DNA of 64,000 nucleotides from an uncultured bacterium (GTDB lineage Bacteria; Verrucomicrobiota; Verrucomicrobiia; Limisphaerales; UBA8199): contig CAVVMW010000028.1 in assembly GCA_963749495.1 (NCBI GenBank), forward strand, positions 1 to 64,000. Direction: 5' to 3'. The translations under genes were made by a program, and so were the position numbers. Shown one piece after another: positions 40,025-51,484 of the stretch (position 1 is its first letter; each line of letters begins with the position of its first letter). The notes beneath the pieces were generated by a model, which was given only the letters and a program-made list of their open reading frames with translations, did not search any database and was not told the origin of the DNA.

Positions 40025-41501
40025 TGCACACGCCCTTTTTCCTCCCCTGGCGCTCCTTCCTGGCTCCCCTGGGACCCCGCCTCCAACACGCCGCCCAACC
40101 CCTGGGCCGCGCCACTCTCACCGCCATCGAGCAAAGTCTGGCTCCGGCCTTGCCCGCCGACCTCCTCCAAAAGCCTGCCTCCGGACCCCACTGCCGACAC
40201 CGGATCTTCTTCCAGGCCCGTTCCTTCTGGTGCTGGGTTTGGCAGATGTTCCAGGGCAACACCTCCTGCCGTGAGGTTGTGCGCCAAGTCCAGGCCCTGC
40301 TCGGCCTCCTGGAAGAGCCCCCATTGATGAAAACACCAGCGCTTACTGCCAGGCCCGGGCCAATCTATCCTTGGGCCTGTTGGAGAAGGCATTCAGCGCC
40401 AGCGCTTTAAGCGCCCTCAAGCAAGCCCCCGCCCAAACCCTGCTCCAGGGCCGGCCCATCAAGTTTGCCGACGGCTCGACCGTGCGGTTGGAGGACACCC
40501 CTGCAAACCGCGCCCAATTTCCTCCCTCCTCAAACCAACACTCCCGTCCGGGCTTCCCCACCCTCAAGACACTGGTGCTCTTCGACCTGGCCAGCGGCGC
40601 GGTCCTGGCCCGAGCCACCAGCAGCCTCAAGGTGGCTGAAACGCGCCTGTTGATGAGCTTGGGCCAGCACGTCCAGCCCGGCGACATTCTGGGCGGGGAC
40701 CGCGCTTATGGCCTTTATGTCATGATGCACTGGGCCAAGGGCTTGGGCGCCGATCTCTTTGCGCGGCTCAACGCCCGCTCCCGCCGGGTGGACTTCCGCA
40801 AGGCCATCAAAAAGCTCGGCCCCAACGACGCGGTGTTCCTGTGGCACAAACCCAAAGCCCCTTCCAAGCTGCTCACCCCCGAAGAGTGGGTCCAAGTGCC
40901 CGATACGATGGAGGTGCGCCTCATCCACATTCGGATTGAGCGGCCAGGCTTTCGCACCCGAGAACTAACGGTCGCAACCACCCTGCTGGACCCTGAGTTG
41001 TACCCAGCCCAGGAGATCCTGGCCGCCTTCCTCAAGCGCTGGCGCCTGGAGATGTGCCTGGATGATTTGAAAACCACCTTGCAGATGGAACAGCTCAAAT
41101 GCCGCAAGCCCGAGGGGGTGGAAAAGGAGTTGCTGGTCTTCTTGCTGACCCACAATCTGCTACGCTGGATCATGGGCCAGGCCGCCAAAGCCGGCGAGGC
41201 GGACCTGGAGCGGATCAGCTTCACCGGCACAATGCACGCCTTCCGGCAGTGGACCGTCGCGCTGGTGCAGGTGCGCGGACCCGGCAAACTCTCCAAACAA
41301 AAGCGCCTGTGGCAACTGTTGCTGTGGATCGTGGCAGCGGATTTGGTGCCGGAACGTCCCGGGCGGCAGGAACCCCGGGCCGTCAAAAAGAGAAGCAAAT
41401 ACCCGCGCCTGACCAAGCCCCGTGACCAGTATGTCGAACGGTGGAGCCGTAACAAGCGCCGCCGGGTTCAGCGCGCAAAAAAACATGCCTCGCTAAACTA
41501 A
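40024..41501 (+). CDS. IS4 family DDE transposase (frameshift near 40320)
   Basis: SAYCQAR, ADGS, GDRAY, RWRLEMCLDDLK and RPGRQEPRAVK motifs. Confidence 0.9.
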
Positions 41502-41706
41502 GCGCCATTCCCCCTTCAGGGCAGCGGGGTCCGCCTCTGCAACGAAACCCAGGGCATCGGCCTGACGGCCTCAGCCCTGGGCTAGGTTCTGGCGGCCCGT
41601 CGGGCCACGGCGAGGCGCACGGCGGTCACATGCTTTAGCCTTTAGCGTTTAGCCTTTAGCAGCCAGGGGCTAGGCGCCCCTGGCTGCTTGGATTTTGCGG
41701 ACAGGC

Positions 41707-44700
41707 CTAAGGCCCGGCGCGATAGAACTTCTTCGAGCTCGTGGGGGTGATCACGTACGGCGAAGTCGTGGACACGACCGTGGTGTATGGGCCGGTGACG
41801 TTGTTGGCCGAATAGAGGGTCCCGACGTCCCAACTGAGTTGGACCTGGCTGCCCACCCGCTGGAGGGTCAGGGTGGGGGCGTTGGTAACGGGGGGACTAT
41901 AGGCAAAGCTCAGTTTGTTGGAGGCGCCGGCCATGAAGATCGAGGCCGCTTCCAGCGGCGTGAGAGCCCTGCGCCAGATGCCGATGTCATCGATGTCCCC
42001 GGAGGCCGTCACCACGTTCGGCGTCAGCGAATAGGTGCCAGTGGGGTCCTGGCCAATGGTGAACCAATTGCCGGTATCGATGTCGCCGGCGGCCTGCTCC
42101 GAGGTGCCGCCATCCTCTTTGTGGAACGGGACCGCAAGCCCGTCGAGGTAGTTGAACAGGCCCTTCTTGCGGTCAAACACATGGACCAAGTGGTGCCAGT
42201 TGCCGTCGTTGATGGCGCCGACTTCGCCGTAGCCTCCGATGCCGTTGCCGCTGAGGTCGAAGATCGTCGCGCACCAACTGCCCGCATAGGCCGGAATGGC
42301 GGAACCGTTCAGTCCATAGCTATAGGCCAAGACCAGGCCCGGGCTGAATGTGGAACCGATCGCCGTGGAGATGAACGGCAGGTCGGCGCCCACGTAATTC
42401 TGCGGCGAGCGGATCCAATAGGCCAGCGTGAAGTTGACGTTCGAGCTGAATTGGAGGTCGGGACGCAAACCCAAGGTGACGTAAGAATTGTTGGTGGTCG
42501 ACATGTCGGTCGAGAAGTGCAGGGCGGAGCCGATAGCGCCGTCGCCGACGTAAGTGGGGGCGGCGACGTTGCTGGAGGAGCCGCTGATATGGATGCCGAC
42601 GGCGTTGTTGCCGCGGCCGGTGGTGTCCGTGAGGTTGTTATCGAACGGCAGGTGAAGGACCAGGCCCGGGATGGCCGGGGCGGTCGTGGGAGGCTGGAGC
42701 ACGGTGAGCGTTGCAGGGGCGCTGTTGGTGGACCCGAGGCCATTGGAGATGTTGACCGTGTAGCTGCCGGCATCGCTCGGCGCCAGAGGGCTGATGGTCA
42801 GTGTGTCCAAGGTGGCCCCGCTGATCGCCACTCCGTCCTTGGACCATTGGAGGGAGAGAGGCACGGTGCCTGCCGCGCCCACCGAGAAGGTGGCAGCAAG
42901 CGACACGTAATTCGTGAGCGAGACGGGCTGGATGCTGATGAACGGCGCCAGGCTCGAACCGTAAGCGGCGCCGTAATGCGTCTGGATTTGGGTCTGGGTC
43001 AGCGCCACTGGGTAAACCGCCACCTCGTTGATCGTTCCGGTCCAGTAGCCGTCGTAGGCCGGGTCGTTGCCCAGGTGCTTGGAACCGATGGACACCGGGT
43101 CGCTGGAGACGCGCAGGCCGGCCGCGCGCGTGGCGCCCGAGCCGGATTGTTGGCCGTCGACATAGATGTACATCGAGGGGGAGCCGCTGATGATGCCGGA
43201 GTCGTCGTAAACCCCGACCACGTGCTGCCAGGTGCCGTTGGGGCCGGCCTGGGCGGTGGCCTCGTAGATCGAGTTGCCGCCTCCGCGCGTGAAGAAATGA
43301 TAGTAGCCGCCGATCACATCCAGGCCGAACTGCTCGGTTGCGGTGGTGCCGCCGCCCCCGCTCCCGTTGCCCTTGGCGATGATGGTGGACTCATCGCTCT
43401 GGCCCGCGGGGCCTTTGACCCAGGCCTCGAGGCTGAAATTGACATGCCCTGAGAAGTTGACCGCAGTCCCGCTGATGTTGCCGACGTAAACATTCACGGC
43501 GCCGAACTCCGCTGCAGTGTCCGGATCGAGCGTCGAATAGCCCGGCACGCCCAGGGTGACGCCGTGATAGATGCCGTCGTTTCCACCCCAGTAGTCATGC
43601 GCCGCGGCGCCGTTGGTTTCCCCCAGCCGCCAATAGGAGAGGGGCTTGTCGCCCAGGACCGCCGCGGGGTAGGCGCTCGGGGCGGGCAGGACGGACAGCG
43701 TGGCAGCGTCCGTGTTGGTTGAGCCGAAGACGTTCGTGATCGTGCAGGTGTAGGGCGTGTCAGGGCCGGCGGCGGCCGTGTTAGTGTAGGACGCGAAGGT
43801 CGCCCCGGCAATCGGGGCGCCATTGGCGCTCCACTGGAAGGAGAGCGGCGTGCTGCCGATGACCTGGACCTGGAAGATGAACTGGGCGCCAGGGAAACGG
43901 GTGAGGGATTGCGGCTGCTGTGTGATGAGAGGCGGGCTGGTGAGCACCGTCAGCGGGACGGAACTGGTGATGGAGCCATAGGCGTTGGTCACCACCACCG
44001 AATAGGTGCCGCTGCTCCCGGACTTGACGCCGTTGAGCACCAGGTTGGTGGCATTCTGGCCCGTAAGCGGTGTGCCATCCTTCAGCCATTGGTAGTAAAG
44101 CGTCGGGCTGCCCTCGGCCCAAACCGAGAAGCTGACCACGGACCCTTCATAGACGGGGCCCGAGGGGGGCACCGGCGCGGCAGTGATGACGGGAGAGACG
44201 TTGGCGGCGTTGTAGAGGGCGTTGATGTCCGAGGCGCTCAGGGCGGTTTTAAAGATGGCCGGTTCGTCAATCCAGCCGCCGAACCGCAGGCCCTCGCCGG
44301 GGGTGGGATCGCTTCTGGAACCGATGGACCATCGGTTGGTCACATCCAGGTTGCCTGTGTCTCCCTCGCTGCCCGCGTAGGAGCCGATCAGCACGCCATT
44401 GCGATAAAGGTTCCAGTTGGCGCCATCATAAGTTCCTGCCAGGAACACCCAGTTGCCGATGTCCCCGGGCGGAATCGGGACCAGGACCGAGTCATAATAG
44501 CTGCTGCCATCTGTCACCCCCACTTCGTAGTAATTGCCGTCGCCTGCCCCGGTGCCGCCTGAGCCGCGCGAGATCCGCAAGAACGTCTCGGCGGCGTTAG
44601 CGTCCATGCCGTGGGCGATGATGTCCCGGAAAAAGTCCTGTTCGATCGGCTTGATCCAGGCCATGAGGGTGACGTTGCCGGAGAAATGCAGCCCGGCGGC

Positions 44701-45825
44701 GTCGTTGATCGTAATCCCGCCGTTTTCGCCGTCGAAGAAACAGGCCTGGTTGGTTGCCCCAAAGCCCGCGTAGCCGGAGCCGCTCTGGTCGCTGAGCGTG
44801 CCCCAGGAAAGGGTGCCATTGGCATCGGCGCCCGCGCTGCCGAGGTTGCTCACGACCGGGAACGCGCTCGGATCCGGGGTCGTGACCGCCGGTTCACCCA
44901 GGTTCCAGTAGCCGACCGGGGCGTCGGCGAGGATCTGAGCGCCGTAGTCGGCGGTGTTCGTCGAGGCCGCGTCGTGGTGGGCGGCGATCGTGGAGGGCGA
45001 GAGGACCTTGGTATAGATCGCCACCTCGTCAACCCAGCCGTCCCAGCCCCGGTTTCCGCTATGCCCGGAGTCGCTGATAGCCGGCACCTCAACATCCAGG
45101 TCGCCCGTGAGTGCGGTGCCGCCCATGCGCAAGGCGGTCTGGGGATTGGGCTGCCAACCGGTCGCTGCCACGCTAGCGGGGGCGGAGGCAATCTGCACAC
45201 CGTTTGCATAAATCAGCACCGTCGTGTCGTCCCACGTCGCCACGATGTGCTGCCAGGTCCCGACCGTGGCATTGCCGCTGGTGCCAAGCACGTTGGCGGC
45301 ATAGCCGCTGGTCAGGCCGAGGCGGAAGTTCCAGCGCCCGGCGTTGTTCACATAGAACAGCCATCCGGAGCGGTTGGCGTCCCCATACCAGTTGTTGTCG
45401 AACGAGGAGAGGGGGCACACGCCGGTTGTATCGCTGACGGGGAGGGCGTTGGGTTTGGCCCAGAATTCGATGCTGAACGGAGGCGCGGGATTGAGCGCGG
45501 GATTGTAAGGGACATTGACTTTGGAGCCGCAGTGTCCGATCGTGACGCCCGGGTTGTTGAACCGGATGCAGGTGCCCACGATGCCGGGTTCGCCTTTCGT
45601 GGCATCCATCACGGCGTAGCCGGTGCCGGCGCTGCCGAGCGTCCCGGAGTTGGACACGGTGTTGAGCGCGGGCGCCATGGCCGTTTCATCCAGGCGCCAG
45701 TAGGCCAGCGGATTGTGCGCGAGAACGGCGGACGGGTAATCCGCCCAGGCGGTCAGGACCGCTGTGCAGGAGAGCAGGCCTGCCGCCGCCAGAGTTGAAC
45801 CCAGGTTGCGATTAGTCAATTTCAT
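41707..45825 (-). CDS. Large exported multi-LamG/Ig-domain protein
   Basis: Signal peptide; repeated YWRL-E / WQH.V / IDEVA LamG units and QP..LT / QW.KDG Ig units. Confidence 0.9.
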   Translation of the reverse strand: MKLTNRNLGSTLAAAGLLSCTAVLTAWADYPSAVLAHNPLAYWRLDETAMAPALNTVSNSGTLGSAGTGYAVMDATKGEPGIVGTCIRFNNPGVTIGHCGSKVNVPYNPALNPAPPFSIEFWAKPNALPVSDTTGVCPLSSFDNNWYGDANRSGWLFYVNNAGRWNFRLGLTSGYAANVLGTSGNATVGTWQHIVATWDDTTVLIYANGVQIASAPASVAATGWQPNPQTALRMGGTALTGDLDVEVPAISDSGHSGNRGWDGWVDEVAIYTKVLSPSTIAAHHDAASTNTADYGAQILADAPVGYWNLGEPAVTTPDPSAFPVVSNLGSAGADANGTLSWGTLSDQSGSGYAGFGATNQACFFDGENGGITINDAAGLHFSGNVTLMAWIKPIEQDFFRDIIAHGMDANAAETFLRISRGSGGTGAGDGNYYEVGVTDGSSYYDSVLVPIPPGDIGNWVFLAGTYDGANWNLYRNGVLIGSYAGSEGDTGNLDVTNRWSIGSRSDPTPGEGLRFGGWIDEPAIFKTALSASDINALYNAANVSPVITAAPVPPSGPVYEGSVVSFSVWAEGSPTLYYQWLKDGTPLTGQNATNLVLNGVKSGSSGTYSVVVTNAYGSITSSVPLTVLTSPPLITQQPQSLTRFPGAQFIFQVQVIGSTPLSFQWSANGAPIAGATFASYTNTAAAGPDTPYTCTITNVFGSTNTDAATLSVLPAPSAYPAAVLGDKPLSYWRLGETNGAAAHDYWGGNDGIYHGVTLGVPGYSTLDPDTAAEFGAVNVYVGNISGTAVNFSGHVNFSLEAWVKGPAGQSDESTIIAKGNGSGGGGTTATEQFGLDVIGGYYHFFTRGGGNSIYEATAQAGPNGTWQHVVGVYDDSGIISGSPSMYIYVDGQQSGSGATRAAGLRVSSDPVSIGSKHLGNDPAYDGYWTGTINEVAVYPVALTQTQIQTHYGAAYGSSLAPFISIQPVSLTNYVSLAATFSVGAAGTVPLSLQWSKDGVAISGATLDTLTISPLAPSDAGSYTVNISNGLGSTNSAPATLTVLQPPTTAPAIPGLVLHLPFDNNLTDTTGRGNNAVGIHISGSSSNVAAPTYVGDGAIGSALHFSTDMSTTNNSYVTLGLRPDLQFSSNVNFTLAYWIRSPQNYVGADLPFISTAIGSTFSPGLVLAYSYGLNGSAIPAYAGSWCATIFDLSGNGIGGYGEVGAINDGNWHHLVHVFDRKKGLFNYLDGLAVPFHKEDGGTSEQAAGDIDTGNWFTIGQDPTGTYSLTPNVVTASGDIDDIGIWRRALTPLEAASIFMAGASNKLSFAYSPPVTNAPTLTLQRVGSQVQLSWDVGTLYSANNVTGPYTTVVSTTSPYVITPTSSKKFYRAGP

Positions 45826-46008
45826 GTTGGGAGTGTTGTTGGGATTCTAGTTGGTCTAGTTGGGAGTGCTGTTGGGATTCTGTCTTCGTTGCTACTGAAA
45901 AATCTGCGTCTATTCCTCTTCATCGGTGGTTAAACCGCCATCCGCCATGTGAGTTCGAGCTGCTCTCGCCGCCTTCGAGCTTGCTCGCCGAAACGTAACT
46001 GTTCACGT

Positions 46009-46122
46009 GTGGGGCAGACCTCTGGTCTGCCGGTTCACGGAGCCTCCGGCTCCGTGTCCCTTGCAATTGCAAGGCTCGGGGCCACAGGCCCCTGCAACCG
46101 GCAGACCGGAGGTCTGCCCCAC
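46009..46122. repeat. REP-like inverted repeat
   Basis: gtggggcagacctctggtctgccgg ... ccggcagaccggaggtctgccccac. Confidence 0.7.
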
Positions 46123-46253
46123 GCGTCCCCACCTGAACGGTTACGCCAAAACAACACACAAACCGGCCCGCCTTTCTGTTTGGGGATCCGCCGCGCGCGT
46201 GGACGATTCGAGTGAGCTTGCAGCAAGGTGAGAGCGCCCCGTCCTGGCCGCCC

Positions 46254-47159
46254 TCAAGGCAATCCACCCCCAAGCGGGCGAGTCGCACGGTCCTGGAGCC
46301 ACGCGACGTCCGGGTTGCGAGGGCTGGCTGTTTCGGTCGAGCCATCGAAGGTGAGCGCGTTCTTTTTCAGGGGCGGGGTGGTGCGCGGGTCCATCCATTT
46401 CTTGAGTTCGGAATGGCCATCGGCAAAGGAGAAGCCGCAGGCGTTGCCGTGATAAGCGGCGGGCAGGTCCGCCAGCTTGTACTCGGCGGCGTTGCGCATC
46501 GAACCGCTCGTGGGATAGCCCGTCATGTCGGTATAGAAGTTGCCCCAGTTGATCGCATCCTCCCGCTCGTCCAGGAATACAAAAATCTTGGCCGCTCCGG
46601 GGATGGCCAGATCGGCGTACTTCTTGTAAAGGATCCAAGTTTTAGCGCTAAAGACATCGCTCCCGCTAGACCCCCCTCCAGTGCCCTCGAAGCCGCCCAA
46701 GAAGAGGTTCATAACCATCGTTCGCACCCGCGGCATGCTCACCCCATTCACCACGACGTAGGAGGTATCGGACGGGCATTTGAAAATCCCGAGGGCCTTG
46801 CCGCAGTATGGCCACATCGGGCTGCGCCAGATATTGACGCTTGGGTCATAATTTGACGGGTTGCCCGGGTTGAAATCCAGGCCGCCGCTCATCCAGGTGC
46901 CTGGCTGCCAGGCGCCACCATTGAGGTTAGCGCTTGCATAGAGCAGGACGTCCCGGTTGTCTTCCGTATATTGCCGCCAGGCGTAGGCCAGTTGACGGTG
47001 ATTGCTCATGCACTGCACGCCCTGGGCCTTGAGCTTGGCCCTGGCCAGCGCCGGCAAGAGCATCGCCGCCAGGATGGCGATGATCGCTATCACCACCAGC
47101 AACTCGATCAACGTAAATCCCCGCTCGTTACAAGCGGCTGTTTCTTGTTTGTGGATCAT
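46254..47159 (-). CDS. Prepilin-type N-terminal methylation / H-X9-DG domain protein
   Basis: GFTLIELLVVIAIIAILAAMLLPAL; C-terminal YHGNACGFSFADGH. Confidence 0.92.
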   Translation of the reverse strand: MIHKQETAACNERGFTLIELLVVIAIIAILAAMLLPALARAKLKAQGVQCMSNHRQLAYAWRQYTEDNRDVLLYASANLNGGAWQPGTWMSGGLDFNPGNPSNYDPSVNIWRSPMWPYCGKALGIFKCPSDTSYVVVNGVSMPRVRTMVMNLFLGGFEGTGGGSSGSDVFSAKTWILYKKYADLAIPGAAKIFVFLDEREDAINWGNFYTDMTGYPTSGSMRNAAEYKLADLPAAYHGNACGFSFADGHSELKKWMDPRTTPPLKKNALTFDGSTETASPRNPDVAWLQDRATRPLGGGLP

Positions 47160-47653
47160 ATCACTTCACTTCACACATTCATGGTTTGGGATGCTGCCTC
47201 GGGGTAAGCCGTCGCACATCGTGTCAACGCGTTGACCACGATTTGGCCGCACTCGGAGAGGGTCCGCCCCGCAAACCCCATTATGCCGACCGGCACACAG
47301 GGTCTTGCCCAGCCATTTCTTGCCCTTCGTTTTCTCATTCGCAACGTTGCAGAGGCCGGGGCCTCTGCTCAACAGAATCCCATCGCTCCAGCTCTAGCCC
47401 GGACCACCTCGGCGCGCGCGTGCTGGTCGCCGCGCCGCAAGCAGTCCAGACATCCCACAAGCCCCGGAACGGCGCGCTGGCCAACGGCCGGCCTGGCACC
47501 CCAAACCGGGCAGACGCCGCTCCATCACCCACGCCCAGTTGTCCTTCGGCAGGCTGCTTCCTCGGCAGGACCCGCCTCGGTTTCGCTGGCACGCAATGGA
47601 TTCGTAACGCCAAAATAGAGTTTCTGCCAGCCCCTGTCAAGGGCGATTTTCCG

Positions 47654-48880
47654 TCAAATCTTCATCGGTTTGACGCGCTGGCCGGGGTGGACGCGGGTGC
47701 CGGGATAGAGAATGACCGATTCGCCCTCCTTGAGGCCGTCGAGGACCTGCATTTCGGCGCTGCTGAAGCGGCCGAGCTTGACGGGCCGCAATTGGGCGCG
47801 GCCTTGGGTCAGGACAAAGGCCGCCCACTGGTTGCCTTGGCGGAACAAGGCCCCTGCAGGCACCTTGAGGGCCTTATCGGTTTCCCAGATGACAATTCGG
47901 GCCTCGACGCGGAAGTTGTCGCCGACGCTGGGCCGTTGTTCGGGCGCGGTGAGCAAGTCGGCCACAACCTTGACGCGTTGTTCCTCGACGCCCAGGGCTG
48001 AGACCTTGGTGAAAGCGGCGGGCTCGACGAGCCGGACCCGGCCCTCCATTTGGGGCCGGTCGGGCGCGCCCCATTGCTCGAGGTAAACCCGGCTGCCGGG
48101 CGCGATGGCGGCGCCGTCTCGGGAAAGGACCTCCACGACCGCTTCCAGGTCGCGGGGATCGCCGATCTCGACCAAGGGCGTCCCAGCGGCCACAACACGC
48201 TCGTTCTCCTCGAAGACGCTCAAGACCCGCCCGTCGGCGGGGGCCTTGACCTCGCTCTGGACACACGGGGCATTGGTGGCTGCCGGAGCCGGCGGGTCGA
48301 ATTGGGCCAGCTCGGCCTGGGCCTCGCGCACGGCGCCTTCGGCGGCGGCGGTCTCCTGCCGAGTGGAGTCGGCTCGAGACTGGGCGGCTTCCAGTTCCTG
48401 GATGGAAACGGTGCTGTCGGCAAAGAGCCTGCGCAGGCGCTGCAACTCGCTGGCGGCGAAGGTCTCGCCGGCGCGCGCCTTGGAGGCGCGGGCGGCGGCC
48501 GAGTCGCGCCGCGCCTCGGCCAGGGCGCGCGCCCGCGCATCGAGCATCGTGGGCGGCAGCGGGTCCAGCACCGCCACAAGCGTCTGTCCGGCGCGGACCT
48601 CGTCGCCCGCCTTGAGCGCAATCCGATGGAGTTGCCCGGCCACGGGCGCCGAGACCACGTAACGTTGTTTGATGCGCGTCTTGCCTTCCTCGTTCACGGT
48701 GGCGCGGAGGGCGCCGACAGTGGCAACGGCGGTCTCGACCGGCACCGGCTGCGGCCAGAGCCCCGCCACGATGAGCCCCGCCAATAAAACCGCCCCGGCG
48801 TAGGGCAGCCAACGGCGGGTGTGGCGATTGGCCGGGTTGCGCCGGGGGGCCGGCGGGTGTGGATCGTCAGTCTGCGTCAT
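47654..48880 (-). CDS. Efflux periplasmic adaptor (HlyD family)
   Basis: VSAPVAG, VKAPADGRVL and FTKVSALGVEEQRV motifs. Confidence 0.9.
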   Translation of the reverse strand: MTQTDDPHPPAPRRNPANRHTRRWLPYAGAVLLAGLIVAGLWPQPVPVETAVATVGALRATVNEEGKTRIKQRYVVSAPVAGQLHRIALKAGDEVRAGQTLVAVLDPLPPTMLDARARALAEARRDSAAARASKARAGETFAASELQRLRRLFADSTVSIQELEAAQSRADSTRQETAAAEGAVREAQAELAQFDPPAPAATNAPCVQSEVKAPADGRVLSVFEENERVVAAGTPLVEIGDPRDLEAVVEVLSRDGAAIAPGSRVYLEQWGAPDRPQMEGRVRLVEPAAFTKVSALGVEEQRVKVVADLLTAPEQRPSVGDNFRVEARIVIWETDKALKVPAGALFRQGNQWAAFVLTQGRAQLRPVKLGRFSSAEMQVLDGLKEGESVILYPGTRVHPGQRVKPMKI

Positions 48881-49081
48881 AGCCAGCGGACACACAGTGC
48901 CCGATGCGGACCCATCATAATCGAAGGCGGCTCGGGGTAAAACTCGAAATCCAGGGCAGAACCATGGAGGGAGGGTCGAAGGCAAAATCATTTCTGGCAA
49001 AACCATCTTAAGGACTTCTCTGTGCATGGTTTTGCCAACAATGATTTTGCCTTGCGCTTCCTGTCCATGGTTCTGCCTGGC

Positions 49082-51484
49082 TCATTCCGGCGCCTTGAGC
49101 ACGCCGACCAGGTTGAGCTGGCTGAGTTTGCGCAGGACGACCAGGGCGGAGAGGGCCGAGGCGATTACCACGACCAGCACGGCGAAGGCGTAGTTGCCGG
49201 CGGTTAAGACCAGCGGGACGCGAACGGTCTCGGTGTTGATCTGGCGCACGATGCCGGCGGCAAAGCCCGTGCCCAGCAACAGGCCCAGCGGCACCGCAAT
49301 CAGCGCCAGAATCACCAGTTCGGTGATCAGCACGGCCCCGACCTCGCGCCGCGAAAACCCGACAACGCGCAACGTGGCCAGCTCGCGCGCACGTTCCGCC
49401 AGGGAGATCCGGGCGTTGTTATACACCACGCCGAAGGCGACGACCAGGGCGAAGGCCAGGTAGAGGTTCTGAAAGGTCCCGATGCTCTTGGCAGTGGTCT
49501 GACGGAAGTTGTCGCGCATCGATTCCTTGATGGCCACGAAGCTGATCCGGGGGATCTCCTTGAGCGCGCGGAGAAACTCACCCCGATGGGCCGCATCGAT
49601 CGTGAAGCTGGCACTGGTGATGACGTCGCCCTCCCCCAGGAGCCGGTTCAAGGCACCCAACTCCATGTAGGCCGCCATGCCCGAGAAGTCCTGGGCCAGG
49701 CCCGCCAGCCGCACCGTGCGCACCGGGCGTCTGCCTTCGAGGACCTCGACGGTGAGCGGGTCGCCGGGGCGCGCGCCCAACACCTCCGCCAGCCTGGCCG
49801 AAAGGACCAGGCCCTCGGGCGGCAGCGGCATCTCCCGGGTCTCCTCATCGATGACCCGGTTGTGCTGGCCGCGAGCGGGCAGGCCCAGGATGCCCAGTTG
49901 GCGGCGCTGATGGCCGTAACTGAGCCGCACGAAGGCCTGCCGGGCCGGTTCGACGTGCAGCACGCCGGGCAGGTGGCTCAAGAGATGGCCCACGCTCAGG
50001 CTGCCCGGCTCGACCAGCCCGGCGCTCAGGTCCTGCCGCTGGACAACGTCCCACTGGAAGTCCATGACCTGCGCAACGCCATCCCGGAAGGCATTGGGCA
50101 CGATGAGAATGCCGGTCGCCAGGGCCAGGCCCGTAATCGTGAAGAGGGCCTGCACCGGGCGGCGTTCGAGGTTGCGCACCGCGATGCGGAAGGTGTGCGA
50201 CAACAGGTGCCCGATGCCCGTGCGCTCGATGAGCGCCGGCCTGTAATTGGCCGGAGGCTCCGGGCGCATCGCCTCGGCCGGGGGCAGGCGCGCCGCCCGG
50301 CGCACAGCGCCCAACACGCCGAGGGTCGCCGCCCCGGCAGCCACCAGAAACGCAAGAGGAAAGGCGGCCCGGTCCGGGCGAAACGCCAGAACGGGAAACC
50401 GGAAAAAAGCATGATACAAGCCCGTCAGGTGGCGGCCCAACACCATCCCGCCCAGGCCGCCCAGCAGCGTGCCCAACGCCACGATGACGAACGCGAACTT
50501 GAGATAGTGCAGGACGATTTGGCGGTTGGTGTAGCCGAAGGCCTTGAGAATCGCAATCTGTTCCCGCTGCAGGTTCAGGAGCCGCGAGAGCACCGCATTG
50601 ATCATGAACGCTGCCACGCCCAGGAACACGGTCGGAAACCCGATCGACAAGATATTCAGGATGCGGATCTCGTCGGTCACGCGGATGTGCGAAGGGTGAT
50701 CGGCGCGTCCGTAGGCCCCGCGCCCGCCGTAAGGCCGCAGGAGACGGTCCAGCGCCGCGATGACGTGGCCTTCGGCTGCGCCGGGCGCAAGGGTCAGCGA
50801 CAGGTAATTGAAGGCGCCGTCCAGGTCGAAGGCCGAGGCCAGGTCCTTGTAGCGCATCCAGAAGATTCCGTAGGTGCGGTTGTCCGGCAGGGCGGCCCCG
50901 GGCCGCGAGATGAAGATGAATTCGGGGCACAGGACAATGCCCGCGATGCGGAGTTGCCTGCGCTTGCCGTTGAGGAGCATGGCCAGGGTGTCGCCGGGCT
51001 GGAGCCGGTTGGCCTCGGCGAAGGCATCGCCGACCAGGACTTCATCGCGGCCGTCCGCAGCCAGCCAGCGGCCGGATTGCAGGAACAGGCGGTTGAGGTG
51101 GGGCTGGCCCAGGGCCTCCGGACCGCCCTCCGGGGCGGCGGCGCCGAAGTCGGGCAGCGACCGCACCAGGCCGCTGGCCGGCTCGTCCAGTTGCGGGATG
51201 TCCAGGGTGGCCTGGACCGAGATGGCCGGCTGCACGGCGGCCACGCCCGGGATTTCGGCCACCTGCCCGGCCAGCGAATTGGGGGCGCGCTTGAGGGCGG
51301 CGAAGACCTCCGCGAAACGATTGGCCTCGTAGTACTCCTGCCGTGTCGTTTCCAGCGAATGAATGAGGCTGCGCGTGGAGATCATCATCGCCAGGCCGCA
51401 CGCCATAACCAGCGCCACCGCGATGGCCTGGCCCCGGATACGGCGCAAATCGCGCCAGAGCTTTCGATCAAGCTGTGAGATCAC
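49082..51484 (-). CDS. ABC transporter permease (FtsX/MacB-like, duplicated domains)
   Basis: [22 protein letters not shown] and [14 protein letters not shown] motifs. Confidence 0.9.
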   Translation of the reverse strand: MISQLDRKLWRDLRRIRGQAIAVALVMACGLAMMISTRSLIHSLETTRQEYYEANRFAEVFAALKRAPNSLAGQVAEIPGVAAVQPAISVQATLDIPQLDEPASGLVRSLPDFGAAAPEGGPEALGQPHLNRLFLQSGRWLAADGRDEVLVGDAFAEANRLQPGDTLAMLLNGKRRQLRIAGIVLCPEFIFISRPGAALPDNRTYGIFWMRYKDLASAFDLDGAFNYLSLTLAPGAAEGHVIAALDRLLRPYGGRGAYGRADHPSHIRVTDEIRILNILSIGFPTVFLGVAAFMINAVLSRLLNLQREQIAILKAFGYTNRQIVLHYLKFAFVIVALGTLLGGLGGMVLGRHLTGLYHAFFRFPVLAFRPDRAAFPLAFLVAAGAATLGVLGAVRRAARLPPAEAMRPEPPANYRPALIERTGIGHLLSHTFRIAVRNLERRPVQALFTITGLALATGILIVPNAFRDGVAQVMDFQWDVVQRQDLSAGLVEPGSLSVGHLLSHLPGVLHVEPARQAFVRLSYGHQRRQLGILGLPARGQHNRVIDEETREMPLPPEGLVLSARLAEVLGARPGDPLTVEVLEGRRPVRTVRLAGLAQDFSGMAAYMELGALNRLLGEGDVITSASFTIDAAHRGEFLRALKEIPRISFVAIKESMRDNFRQTTAKSIGTFQNLYLAFALVVAFGVVYNNARISLAERARELATLRVVGFSRREVGAVLITELVILALIAVPLGLLLGTGFAAGIVRQINTETVRVPLVLTAGNYAFAVLVVVIASALSALVVLRKLSQLNLVGVLKAPE

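Larger units (their letters stand above)
39612..41510. mobile_element. IS4-family insertion sequence with a passenger gene
   Basis: Terminal inverted repeats gaatggcgcttagtt / aactaagcgccattc; flanking direct repeat ccccttcaggg at 39601-39611 and 41511-41521. Confidence 0.92.
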
